DNA of 64,000 bases from Haliotis rubra (Eukaryota). The notes under the pieces are model-generated. The model ran no database searches. It saw only the letters and a list, made by a program, of their open reading frames with translations, and was not told the origin of the DNA. Location of the stretch: NCBI RefSeq assembly GCF_003918875.1, contig NW_025767457.1, forward strand, positions 496,001 to 560,000, in the 5' to 3' direction. Each line of letters starts with the position of its first letter. Positions within the stretch are counted from its first letter, which is position 1. Shown one piece after another: positions 50,540 through 63,774 of the stretch. The translations under genes and the position numbers were made by a program.

Positions 50540-51889
50540 TAACTCACTCACTCACTCACTTGTGTCATATGTACCATCCGGTCATGTCTGATAACAACTT
50601 TGGTGAACCAAGCTAATTGTTTAACATGATCAATATATGAGTTATGACTAAACATATTCTACCATACGTTACATACTTTATTTTTTACTGATTCTCTAAT
50701 GATCATGTCAACACACGATGTCAACATGAAGGTTTTCACTGTAACCCTATCCTTCAAATCATCTGAGCAATGAACGTTTCTCACAATGTACAGAATCCAG
50801 TGAGCTGGAGAAGTAAGCAGAGGCATTCATGTATTTGTGTTTATCTCCCTAATGAAACACCAAGCTTTAAGCCCAACACGCAAAATATGTTATGTAATAG
50901 CCTGTTATGGAATTGAAACGAACATCATTTTGGTTACTGATGCGTCAGATTTGGAATACCCTCAACATGGCTACCATAAACTATTTTGAAAATGTTGAAA
51001 AGCCCTTGAATGCTGTGACCCTTTTTGCAAAACACATCATTCATGTCTTGGTGTTAAGTTTCCCAGTGAAACATCACGCAGGTGTTTGAATCAACAGAAA
51101 CACAATAATTGCATCCTGGTTGTTTTGTGCTATTCTCACGTCCCTTCCGTTTATCTTCATCATTAGGAAATTAGCTAATACATTATAGCAGCTCGCTTCG
51201 TGTTTGAGAAACTGAGAGGTAGTTAGGCTGTTTACATATGTGGGTTAGTAGGGTGTTGGGTTAGCGTTGATCGTTGTGTAGTGGAGAGAGTGGTTGACTT
51301 TGTGTCTCGCGTGGTCAAAGGCTTTGGGGAAGTTGTAACATGCCACACAGCCGTTTTCTCTGTTTTCCAATGATTTACTCATTCAGTGGAATATTTCTGT
51401 CAACTGATGCACTTTAAATTAATACATAAACAACAAAGTTGTTCGTATAGAAGTAAAGATACAAACTTTTAAACACATTTTTTTCACATAGTTTCCCAAC
51501 ACAAATAATTTGTGATCTCATCATCTGAATTTCGCCTTTTTTGCTGGTATTGATTTCAAATAACTTGATTTGTTTAGCATTCCTTTCCGCTATGGGGGCT
51601 GTTGTGTAACCTGGAAGTTAAAGCTTTCACTAGTCATTCCAAAGTTCCGTGTTCGATGCCCTTCATGATATTGGTGGCATATTGCTAAATCAGTTCACTC
51701 AATCCCGCCTGTGTCATTGATGAGTTCTGGATGATGCCCCCTTGTGCAGTACTTTAGTTCTTATCATGGCGTGTCTGCTTTGTGTGGGAGAAAACCCCGA
51801 GGTGATGATACGTTTTAAGTAATGAAGGACGTTTAACTCTTTCGTGGAACCCACAGACATGGGTAACTTGTCAAAATAACCGTGGCGAA

Positions 51890-53500
51890 CCGGAATTTCT
51901 AGTCACATTCATATTATTCATTGGCGCGCTGAGACGACCGATGTGCCTTCTGTGGTATCAATAATAGTATGCATTGATTATCTTATGCTGTGGAGCATGA
52001 CCTTGTGACTACATTCAGGAAACCTCCGCCAGACACACCGTTGATGTATATTCCTCAAACGGAATAATTCTGATTTGTCATGCCACATTTGATCTTCATG
52101 CGTGCTGAATGTAATTCCCGAAGTCTACAACAACGTACTGTATGATATTCAAAGTGTTTATCAATCACCATTATCGTTTGTGATCACGAACTAACGCTGA
52201 CGTTTAAGTGTATCACATATCATAACACACCATGTGATAAGAACTCATTGATAGTTTCAAAAGTGCACAGGGAACTGTTTTGTTTTATCGATGTTGAGTT
52301 CAAATCACTTCACACCTGGTGTTACGCATTTGTCATTATGGGCTTCAAAAAACCTCAGCACGAACTAATCATAAACACATCTAATGACGTTAGTAATACA
52401 TAATGATGACACAATGTTTAAACCTATGTATTGCGTCTATGGCATATATAGATAAATGCTCTGCAATATCATTATACCACAGATATATATGCATAATAAT
52501 AGCTGATGACATGAATTGTTTATCGCTGTTACTGTTACATTGCTGTTACAATATGAATTCTTATCAGCTCAATAATATCTTTGATAAACTGAGATTGTTT
52601 TTGGTAAATCTCAACGTGTTATACTGTCTTTATTAGATGTATTCTCGACAAGCAACAGCTTCATTATGCAATTCATTTTAACATATACCGTAGTTAAACA
52701 CATCAACATCATTGGATGCTGGGCATGTCGGGAGTAAGGATTATGTTCAGTGGCTTCATTCAGATAGGCCCGGGTAACTAAAAAAACATATATAAATCCC
52801 AAATGCTGCATTCAACTAGATAAATGGAAACTACATGACGTACATTTTGACTCATAAAAGGAAGTATTAAATTTGGACATAGATTCAAATGATTTTCAAA
52901 ATTGTAGTTGCAGCATAATGATGAATATGATTGACACGTGGCAACAGTATGTATTACTCGGGCAGACACTAGTATAGACAAGTGAGAAGTCGATCATCTC
53001 ATCAATTCCAACTCGTCTGTAGATGAAACCTTCCAGGTTAATGTATGTTGTCTTCCTGCTCCGGATATTGTCTGGCTGTCAACGTATGGTTTAACCAATA
53101 CATTTCATGGCTTGTATTATCATTTCAGACGCCATTATTCTGAATAATGCATAAAGTAAAGAGAGAGGTAGAGTGGTGAGGTATATTTTTACAGTGTATA
53201 ATGGAGACAAAACATCGGTAATGGGACGCCTACACAGCGTGATCATTTGACAAGATGTTGCTGTGTCTCCTGGAAGTCTGAGCTCCACTTGATAATCTGA
53301 TTTCCGATGTCTGTTTACTGTTTTCAGAGGAACGACAAACTACAAATAGGACTAAATAACAAGAAAGATGACATTTCTTTATGTCGAGCAACATATCATC
53401 AGATCATCTGTATGCAATTGGTTCTGAGATAACATCAGCCACGCTGTTTCCACGAGCCTATACGACTATCAAATGTTTTGCAAGGAGGGTTACAGAATTC
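51890..53500 (+). pseudogene. PLE RT relics
   Basis: EFLVTFILFIG..CGI..YAVEH..RHTVDVYSSN (51893-52062); KLQIGLNNKKDD..FMSSNISSDHLYA..FPRAYTT (53337-53470). Confidence 0.58.
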
Positions 53501-53900
53501 AAGGGATTTGTAAAGTTTCAAAATATTATAGGAAGCCATGTTAAGGATATTCCAAATCTGACGCATCGGTGACCAACACGATGTTCGTGGCGATTCTATA
53601 GTGGGAGTATGTTCACGTTGTGGTTCAGATGAATACTTTACATGCCTTTGTACGTATTTATGATGGGTGGCAATAGTGGGGCAGGGATACTTTCACCTTT
53701 CGCGAAGATATGTCATCATCATTATTTGTTATTGCTTCATGTTAATGTAATAACGTCGTAATCCTGCCCCATGTGTCAAGGAATGAAGATTTGTCATGAA
53801 CTATGTCACAAAGGATAATGGTATGCAAATTATATAATGCAAAATGGTTTGATGATTGAACTTCCTTTTAAAAATTCCTTACAAACCACTTTTAAATGGC

Positions 53901-53968
53901 AGATACTTTGTTATTCACATACGAATTTAATACAAGATACTTTGTTATTCACATACGAATTTAATACA
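53901..53968. repeat. Perfect 34-bp tandem duplication
   Basis: agatactttgttattcacatacgaatttaataca x2. Confidence 0.95.
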
Positions 53969-54076
53969 ATTATCTGCTACTGATACTCACGTACTTTAAC
54001 TTTCTATATTAGTGTACACCATTTCCTGCTGAGGAACCAATGTGTAACTTGATTAAAGTCAGATTTCCTTCAGTGA

Positions 54077-54455
54077 AATAATAATAATAATAATGAGAAT
54101 ATTTATAACGCGCCTTTTCCAGGCTAGAGATCCTGCTTTAAGCGCACAATCTGATCATTATTACCCCGGATAACCCAGGCTGCCTGTTAGGCGCTGGAAG
54201 GTTAATAGTCTCACGATTTTAACCGGGTACCCAAATCCTGCTGGGTGAACAGAGGCAATTGTGAACAAACTCACTTGCCTAAGATGAGACCACATGTATC
54301 ACATGTGCTTCGTTGTGGAACAGGACTGAAGTCCTACAAACTCTCAGGAGTTAAGCTGCCAACACGGTCACCCATCCAAGGGCTGTCCGAGCCCAACGTT
54401 GCTTACCTTCAACTGATTTGTGACCTGAGCGCTATGCACAGGACCACGTGCCACC
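54077..54455 (-). mobile_element. SINE with 5S-rRNA-derived head, Deu/Nin-like core and (ATT)n tail
   Basis: Minus strand 54410-54365 gaaggtaagcaacgttgggctcggacagcccttggatgggtgaccg resembles the 5S internal control region; core attgcctctgttcacccagcag..gggtacccgg; tail ggcgcgttataaat..(att)n. Confidence 0.82.
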
Positions 54456-54489
54456 ACGATGGTGTAGGAACCGATGTGTGAGTAAATCC

Positions 54490-57440
54490 CTTCGTGCAGT
54501 CTTCCAGTCACATGAGGGCGTGTCATCTTACCTGGCCGAAGTGGCTTTGGTCTCAGAGTAGAGCGGCTTACTGTAACTGCAGTATTTTTTAAAGAGGTGT
54601 TAAACCCAACCCATTCATAGGCTTGTCTAACTTACAATAACTTACGGCTAAATGAATTAAATGAGATTACAAAGTAACAGCTAATCTATCCATGAGTAAT
54701 TTGCAAAACCCTTACATATTAATTTGCTGAGAATCTGTAAAACCAAACCGCACCTTCATCATTATGTTTACACATCGTCTCTTGGCTTGGATGGAACGTG
54801 CTACATGCACCAGAGGTTCGTCAGAGCGTCAGACTCGAGGGCTCTATTTCGGGCAACAAGACTACGCTGACTAGTCACCGCTAGGTCAGATAACGCGTAT
54901 GATTCAGACAGTACCATGTTGTCACTGGGTAGTATTTTCCACTGACGTTCTACACTTGTTCAGACTGCCAGGAAAGATTCAGACACGATCCCACAGACTC
55001 AGGAGAAAGATGATCTCCCACCTCTGTGTGAAAACTTGAGTTTTGCCAATTTCAATGAATGTAGGTTTATAAATACCTTTTTAGAATGAATGATGAAGAA
55101 ATAATTATAAAAATATCGATTCAAAGCTAAACCTGTACAAAAATCATGATTAAGAACAATATTTACTGACGTAATGTTAAACGTTAATGAACTCAGACTC
55201 TGTTGCCCATCCCAGACTGCAGTCGATAACTTTCTTCGGTATCACTGCCCACGGACACATCCTGGAGGGAGTACAGCCAACCTGTCTGATACTGGTTTTA
55301 CCTCAAGAACAATTCCGATCAAAAAGAAAGACAAGAGTGAAAGGACTCTTGGTGTTATCCACAATCCGGGTGGCGATGTATTTGTACTCAACTTTCACAT
55401 ACAACAAACATTGTGAGCCTAGTGGCATAGGTTGTTTATTGTTTTTTTAACATAATGCCCTACGAATTCCACACACTCTTGTTAACGGCGCAAGAGTGAT
55501 TTAATCCTATGTGGTGTAGAAAACGTCCACCTAGTGGTGTAATATGTCCTCCTCAGCAGAAATGAAGTCATTATCATCTGGGTTTCTCATGGTGCAAAAT
55601 CAGGTGAAATAAGTTTAGTGTACAATGAAATCAGAGCCACTGTCCTGTACGGCCGCCATGGTGATAACAGACAGGTGCAATGTTCTAGTTGAACAACACA
55701 CATTTAGAGCATTTTCAACGCCGTTTCGTTGATATTGTCAAAGATCAGAATATTATTGACAATCCATTGTCTGTCCTTTAGGGAGTCGTGTGCCATGAGA
55801 GTTCCTTGTTGGATCTCAGAAAGCCAAAGCCACCACCTTGCCAGGTGACAGACAGATGTTACCCTCTCTGAAGGAGACGTTAGCCATGTCTGCTTTCATT
55901 GTTTTTTTTCCTTTATTCTCTCGCTGGTTGTGGTGAAACCAAGACTCATCAACGGTAAAAGAAATTCAGTCGGGTCTGCTTCAAAACGACATAAAACTTA
56001 AGCCAATGTTGTCCATTATCATCGACAGAGATTACCTATTCACTATGATGAGAGTAAAACATGATAACTCTGTAATGATTTGAAAATTTATTTAATTTTA
56101 GAATACATTTGTTAATTGCAGCGTATATTTTTGTTCTTTGTTGGTGTCACACCTAGTTCTTTTATGTTCTGATTACCGCTTAATAGTACGGCTTTAACTG
56201 TTTAGTAACAACCTGAGCATATATAAAAGATACACGTTAAAAAGTATATTTGCATCTGACATCATCATTACCCCAAGGAAGAAAAAACGGGCCTGACTAC
56301 AAACACAAAGTCGCGAGATACAGACAGGAATGGCCAATCCAAGGGCAAGATGACTATCTGAAAACCAACCAAAGCCAAACCCCTTTTCTTCATATCGTCG
56401 TGGAAACTCTATAAGTCAAACAAGTTTCAGTCAGATCTCTGTGTTAAACAATGAATGTATGTTAAATCTAAGAAAATAACTGCTGATTTTGGCAAAAGCC
56501 TCAAGGCAAATAATAGTGAAGTGTAGAGCTATGTTTTTATACCATGTTTAATTCCAGTCTGGTTCCGGAATGTAACATGTTAGTTGAGTAATGTCTGACC
56601 TAATTGCTTACTATTTGTCTAACATGAGATTTGAAATACTTTTTCCGTGATTGTAAGAAACGCAATTGTGTAGACATTTGATAAGCCATATCAGATGTAA
56701 ATAACTCCTTAAAGCATGTGCAGATTCGCTGCTTGAACATTTACAAAGCCTTAATACTCTATGTATATCAATGTTACAGTTTGACAAAACATATTATGTT
56801 TGAAAAAAAAAAAATCCTGAAAATACACGGGATATATTTACCTCAAGGTTTTGTTTTTAAAAAAACAACCATACAGTTCAGCTCCTCTTTTCAGAGAGAA
56901 GTGTATGTTCTGAAGGAAACATTGTAACTAGATTTCAGTATTGAAGCCTCACCAGATCAAACATGCAGCTTTCAGCGACTCCGAAGATTAATCAGTAATT
57001 AGTTGTGGCATAATAATCTAACTTAGTATTGCATTTATACAACTCTTAATTAATTTACAGTCAGCAATGACTATTTCTGTTAGAATAGTATACCAAGTCA
57101 GTTTAAACTGCTCCTATTCCTTTTTCATTTGTGTCATTGTGTAGGTGATTAATAGCATTGCAGGTTTGTACAATTACAAAACCTAGACAGCTCGATTAGA
57201 AAGTCACCTGACAGAAAGAAGCATCATTGCTGCAATTTGTTTCCTTTGCATCGATTTCTCAGCCAGACACAAGCTCGGTATATACATCAACAGAATTACA
57301 ATCCCTCATTCCGAAAAGTACTCATGTTGATCTTTGTCATCAGACAAACAGCTAACTGCAGTTACCTTCCTGCTGGGGCCTGAGATGAGACTGTGTATGG
57401 CTTTTGGTCTGTATTCGAGCAAAGTCCAGTGTCTCTGACA
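54490..57440 (+). pseudogene. Series of PLE RT relics
   Basis: AVFQSHEGV (54498); LPQE..IKKKDKSERT (55298); RAFSTPFR, IIDN, LGSRV..VG (55705-55815); IHGIYLPQGFVFKKTT..EGNIVTR (56823-56931); AFGLYSSKV (57400). Confidence 0.55.
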
Positions 57441-57639
57441 CTTCCACATTTGTTTACCATGATTTGTTTCTGTTGCACCACTAATACATCTGACTCCATC
57501 CAATCTGACCCGTGGAGATTACAGGTAAGAATATAGGTTCTCTGTAGTCAATGTATACTACCCATCAAAAGTTTAGACTCACTTAAAGCACTCACTATAT
57601 GTTATATATATATATGGTTACATCGAAGTTGAATGTCTC

Positions 57640-58040
57640 CACTAACTTGGGGAACCAACTGCACACCTTATGCAGATTAACCGCATGGGGATCATGCATC
57701 AAATTGCCAAAAGGCATATGGAAATATCGTGAATGTGAGCAGCTGTGTTTTGGTGTAAAGGTTTGTTAAGAATTCGCCAATTTTCACTGAGTTTCATCAC
57801 TTATTGAACTCATGACAATAATCTTTGCAACGTTACGAGTATGTTTTACAATACATCAGTTCATGTGTAAACAGTACCTTTAAACAGTGTGGAATATTTT
57901 GCAAAATCTAGTTTGGAACAGTTGACAGAAGTTAGTGGCTACATTTAGTGAGTCTAAACATTTGATGGGTAGTATATATCGTAGAAGGGGATTAAATTGA
58001 TTGGGTTGTTTGTCTCGGTGATACGGTTGATGGAGTGTCA
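57640..58040 (+). pseudogene. PLE RT relics including a near-canonical motif B'
   Basis: GTNCTPYAD at 57651-57677 (compare GTNCAPLLAD); QRYEYVL; VEYF; TVDGV. Confidence 0.68.
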
Positions 58041-58142
58041 TCGCATTACAGTTGAATTGCACATGGTACTTAATCACTACATTGTCTTGTGCAGACAAAA
58101 CAATGTTTTGAGTGATTAATTCGTAAGTCAAACGTCAATTCG

Positions 58143-58188
58143 AAACAAACAAACAAACAAACAAACAAACAAACAAACAATCAAACAA
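58143..58188. repeat. (AAAC)n microsatellite
   Basis: Direct reading. Confidence 0.95.
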
Positions 58189-59253
58189 ATTGTACTGACA
58201 AAGATACGACAGAATGTTATCTCAATATTGCAGTATTAAACTTCATCAATTAAGATACATTTCTGTCAAAATCTACATTTCTAAATACCAACAGAGCTGA
58301 AAATGTCATAGTGAACCCACGTAACCAAGGGCGAACCTATAAAACGTTACAATGACTTTGGCGTGTAATTTTCGTTTTATGTTCTGTTACGTATTGATTC
58401 TCATGTTGAAACCAAACGTGTTAACCGGGAATCAGTCTAAAAAGACTAGGTTTGAAACAAACAAACAGCAAAGAAAAGTGATGTCATAAACAATTGTACT
58501 GAAATCAAATGTTCACAAATTAATACAAAGGTATCAATATGGTAGTACTACATAGAGCGGCAGTACACATTCAGAGGCAGTATAATGCAAGAGGAGTGAT
58601 TACAGCTATGAAATAATAATGGTAATATTCTCCTCACAGATCAGTAATCGAACTTGCAACTTGATAGAGACAGGGTGTATGATGATCACATAAAGTGCTG
58701 GTCTTCTGGTGACTTGAAATATAATGTGAGATAAGAGGTAATAGCTAGCCCCCCACCCCCTACCCTATACACACAAAATTAAGTTGTTAGGAATTTATGT
58801 GCTGAGGCAGTTCTTCCTATTATATGCTGTACACCTTCTAAATATCATAAAAGTCTAAATATGTCTTACCAAACTGCCCTCACTAACTCTACAGGTACAA
58901 CAGGTGAAACAATATTGCAAACCTTATAACACTGTCTCATAACACTTCTCAGGCAATAGTGAACATATGCGCAGAAGGTTGTGGGCAACATTCACTGTGG
59001 TTGGGTAGAGCCTCAAACCTTGACTGTCCAAATGATGCGTGATATCAGTACATGTATCTTTGGAGTTCCTCCAACGGAAAGTGTTTAAGTCTGTGCAAAT
59101 AATTAGACTTTAGATAGAACCTCTTTTAATGACATTGCAGGTGTTTGCTTGTAGTCGTCTAATTATGTCTTTTATGTAAAGTATGTGTTGATGTTGTTTG
59201 GTAGATTTCAAGAGTATCACATACTCAAACAACATTAAATATCTTAGTTTTTC

Positions 59254-59423
59254 TGGGCGGTGGGGTAGCCTAATGGTTAAAGCGTTGGCTCGTTGCGCCG
59301 AAGACCCGTGTTCGAATCCCCACATGGGCACAATGTGTGCAGCCCATTTCTGGTGTCCCCCGCCGTGATGTTGCTGGAATATTGCTAAAAGCGGCGTAAA
59401 ACCAAACTCAGTCATTCAGTCAG
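59254..59423 (+). mobile_element. Full-length tRNA-headed SINE family B with 12-bp TSD
   Basis: A box gtagcctaatgg, B box gttcgaatcc; TSD tcttagtttttc at 59242-59253 and 59424-59435; absent from the paralog at ~42420. Confidence 0.93.
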
Positions 59424-59820
59424 TCTTAGTTTTTCATTTTATGAATCTGTAGGACAGGCAGGCATTCGCGCGTCAAATCACTTTAATGTGTTCACTGTTG
59501 ATTCCTCAAAGGAAAACTGAAAGCAGCAATGTATATATCCTCTGAAACTGTACAGAATGAGTAAAGTTAAGTGCCACAAATCGATAAGTAACCATATTCC
59601 TCCCACGAAGAGCATCAAATGATTGTTTTCCGGTAGCTTCTTTAGAATGAAAATTATAATGAACTACAAACGGCAAACCACAATATCAACATCTAAATGA
59701 CTCTCTAACGATAGGATTTCTTTTCTATCTTTCTTTATCTAAGTGAGTGATTTAAAATTTTAACTTACATCGATTTTACACAAAACCCAACGTATTTGGC
59801 AAATTGAATAATACGGACAT

Positions 59821-61215
59821 GTGGCGTCATTTAATGCAATAAAAGTTTCATCTGCAACTGTAACTGACTTAAATTCTGCACCTGCCAAGAGTCCTGCATT
59901 AAAAAGACATCACTTGAAAGGTTATCAGAACGTTTTGCAAGAAATTAAAACAATATGTCTGGTCCAAAGCAATACTTTCCACAGTTTCAATTCAGAGTAC
60001 AAATATGTAAATATGATTAAAACAATTTTTGCCATTTCAAATTCCGGAATGAACATATTGATCTTCCCATTAGTGTATCATCCTTTGCAGGAAGGAAAAG
60101 TATGTCTCACTGCGCATTTTGATATAAAAGATAACAATAGCATGTCGGGGTGATTCAGAGATACACATGGGATGCTGAATAGCATATTGGCTCAGTAACC
60201 CTTAAGCAGTTTTAAAATTGATCGTGTGTCAAAAACCTTTTCGTCGGGTCACTTGAAATGACATTACCTTCACTATTACATACAGTGTTAGGACTCTGTA
60301 TACACAATCATTCAATGATATCTGTAGGCATGTCTGAAGTTTTGGAGGCTGAGGCCATACTTTTCAAACATTTTTTGTTCATCGGTTCGTTGATTTCAAA
60401 AGCAATAACCAGAAGGTATGCCATTCGTAAATATACATGTATTTGCCAGACCTTCCCGTGGATTGATTGGAAAAGAGCAAATGATTTACAAGAAACTTTT
60501 TTTCTCTAAAGTAATGTTCACTAAATGTATTGTGTATAGTCCGAACCACTGAATCAATCGTGTTAGAAGAAGAAGATATAATCCGAATGAATGAATGAAT
60601 GAGCACTTTAGGATGTTTAACAACAGCCCATTATACCAACCGTTAACTGTTTGATCTAAATGAACGAGAAACCATATCAAGTGCAGCTCTTGCAACCAAG
60701 TTGTGATTGTGTCATGAATATTTTAACTGTGCCCTTCACGCTAAACGGTATCTGTGAAATCTGGTTCTTGTTTTTGCACTTGCTATTGTGTTTGTGTGTT
60801 TTTGTGTATCCAATATAAAGATAAAAGACTATAATCAAGACAGATGAATTTCTCGAAATCAGGCCATTTGAGTCTAGTATTGTGGGTTGAAGAGAGAGCA
60901 GGAATGAACAAGGTAATGTAGCATATATGAAACAAAGAAATAAAGTAAACAATGTGAACTGTCACGTTTAAGAAAGGGTCAATGTTAATATCGATGATCT
61001 ACTATCGGTATTACACTCGAATGACCAACCTTCTTCCTGGGAAATATTACGCTATGTGGCAAAGATTCCGAAACATCAATTTCAGCTTTGAAAGAAACTG
61101 ATAATGGTTAAAATCATTCGTTGATATCGACAAAGCTGAACAAATATATAATCTTTTTGAGTTCAGAACACGCATGGATTAGAATTTGATAGATTTTCCA
61201 TTTCGTACAAAATGT
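59821..61215 (+). pseudogene. PLE RT relics
   Basis: SFNAIK..EYKYV..VSKTFSS..TFPWID (59821-60470); NIDDLLSV (60987-61010), LKETD, IDFPF. Confidence 0.65.
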
Positions 61216-61589
61216 AATTTCACAATTTGGTAATAACTCAAGATGAAATGCCTGATATCTTTAGTCTTGCCCTTCAATAAAGTCTCAGGCCACTTAAACA
61301 CGTAAAGGACAATCGTTATGCCATTTTTCAAGAAAGGTGACCGCACTATTTTAGGAAACTGTAGGTAAGTATCTCGAATTATTTGTGTTGGGAACGTATG
61401 TGAAAGAATTGTGTCTTCAACACTTGTACATATACTTCTATACGAACAACATTATTGTATAAGTATTAATATACGGTCCATTAGCTGACTATTTCATTAA
61501 CTATTTCACCAATTGTGTACATCATGAGACAACAGAGATACCTTTATATGGTATTTTACTAAGTATCTAAGGCCTTTGACTACGTTTTC

Positions 61590-61815
61590 GTTTTTGTTTT
61601 TTTTCATGCCACATTCAGCAATATTCCTGCTAAATGGCGGTGGTCTGTACATAATCGAGTCTGGACCAGACAATCCAGTGATCAACAGCATGAGCATCAA
61701 TCTACGCAATTTGGATACAAGGACGTATCAATCACCCGAGACTGACCACCGGAGTCCCCTCTTACGACCAGCATTGGTTGCTGAAAACCAAATCTAACCC
61801 GGATCCCCACGGGTC
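61590..61815 (-). mobile_element. Family A SINE
   Basis: Reverse complement of 49057-49300. Confidence 0.85.
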
Positions 61816-62309
61816 CCTTTGACTCCGTGAGTCACAAAGGGCGCATTTTCAAGCTAGAAAGGTATGGTATAAGAGAAGCGTTATTACGTAACTACTCGTA
61901 ATATTTTGTATTTGCTAATCGATCACAGAGGAGAATATTGGAGGCTACAAGATCGTAGAATAGAACGGAATCTCTGAATTTGGTATGAATAAAAATGAAG
62001 ACATGAATTTGATAAAGTATATTTTTAGTGGTATACGTATACACTGAAAATATACTTTATCAATTTCATGTCTAAACAAATATGCGTAAACCTTTCGATA
62101 TTCGGAAAATATCACAATCTGTTGTACGAAAATAAACCTTTCACGTGATTTTTTCCCATTCAAAATTACTAATTTATTTGGAGATTTATTATTTAAACAC
62201 AAATGGATTTGTTCTTTCTGTAATTCAATTGTGAAAATAATAAGCAGAGTCTCAAGTATGAAGAAGATTTGTACCAAATCCCATTAACTTTCTGTGTATA
62301 AAATATGGT

Positions 62310-62560
62310 TAAACAAAAACATGCCAAACATTTTAATCGAACACTATATGTTTCACACAATGACTGGTGTCTGTAATTTCTATGAACTCTCAAACCATCT
62401 GGTTCTGAAACAGCCAGAATCATATGAATGACAATGAAGCAAAACTGCTTTGCAGTTGGAAAGCAAATATAGACATGAGACTGTGTAGAGTATTTACTCT
62501 GGTTATTTATTGCCTTAGGCAGACATGCATAGAATAGATGTTGGCACATAGTGTTAAATC
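62310..62560 (+). pseudogene. PLE RT relic
   Basis: KHAKHFNRTLYV..CVEYL..MHRID. Confidence 0.55.
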
Positions 62561-63600
62561 AATAGCGTACATCATTGGTTACAGCTCCTGGATTTGGGAG
62601 CTTCCTGTACAACATTAAAACTCATTTTCTGAAAAAAGGTGACATCAGGCTTTAACTGATCTACTGTACATTAAATGCCATGTTTAAAGGGTATATGCGT
62701 CTTTTTGATGGTTCTTTTTGCTGTTGAAGATTAACACAACACAATATTGTTCAGATCTTTTATCCAATGTCAATTTGAAATCGCATGCATCCAAACCGAA
62801 CACGAATATCTTGTTTTACGTGTATACAGTTAAACGAGACAGCATTCTGTAATACTGCTCTTGCTATACATTTCTAAAATCTGGTTGTGGACCAGCAACC
62901 TAATGATTTATTGCCGTCGCCATGCAACATGGATTTTGTTCCTGTTAAATTCAATGAGGCTGTGTTGTGGTTATATGCGTAGGTAATGATATGTCTCTCC
63001 GTAGGTCCTTAAAGGGCTTCAGTGACCGTTGAACTATATCTTGTGTGTAATTCCTGGATGGGAGATAATGAAAAGCGGTGAAAATGAATTTTGTTGAATG
63101 AATACATTTATAAGATGTGCTTAAATCTGACATATCCTTCTTCGGGTGAAGCAAAGGTTTGTAAAAGGTGTTCCAAAACAGGACAGGAATGGGTAAAATG
63201 CCTCAATAACATAACTATACCATTCAAACACCACTACATAAATTGTTTGATCAAATAATGACACATATCAGGCCAGTATGTTAACTGAGGAAGACATCTG
63301 CCAAAATTCATCAGTATTATCAACATTTCAACTGAAAGAAAATGCATTTTGGCGTTTTCTGAGAAAACACAAAGTGAAAAGCTTGATAACATCTTTGTAA
63401 AATGGGGGTTGGGGGGAGGAGTAAAACATTCAGACAGGAGTAGGCATCCCCATGGGCACCCCTCTTATCGGATCTCTTTCCGTGTGCATATGAATCAGAA
63501 TTTCTTCTCGGGTTGGTGAAACAAAACAAGGTAATTTGGCCAAGAAAAAATACGCTTCATGTTTATGTATATCTATAATTATCTAATGGCCATTTCCCTT

Positions 63601-63774
63601 CCACTGATTTACCCTTCTGAACTTGAAACAAAGAAACAAGAGAGACCGTCTCATGCGTTTCATATTAAGATCTATGAGTAAAGATTCAGTGTGGCAAAAC
63701 TCTCTACAGATCTGTGTGACAAGAGGAATGATTTCAACTTCCCAAAAGTGAACTTTCCCTTCATGTCGAGCAAT
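63601..63774 (+). pseudogene. Best-preserved Naiad-type PLE RT fragment
   Basis: PLIYPSELETK...KLSTDLCDKRNDFNFPKVNFPFMSSN; compare LIYPSELEIK..KLSTKLYDKRDDFNFPIVNFPFLSSN; one in-frame stop. Confidence 0.88.

Larger units (their letters stand above)
58980..63400 (+). repeat. Older direct segmental duplication, copy 2
   Basis: See 42180-45900. Confidence 0.8.

Noticed and set aside
54365-54410. 5S rRNA gene
   Set aside because: Only the internal control region is present, embedded in a SINE
59254-59330. tRNA gene
   Set aside because: It is the head of a multicopy SINE with TSD and LINE-like tail
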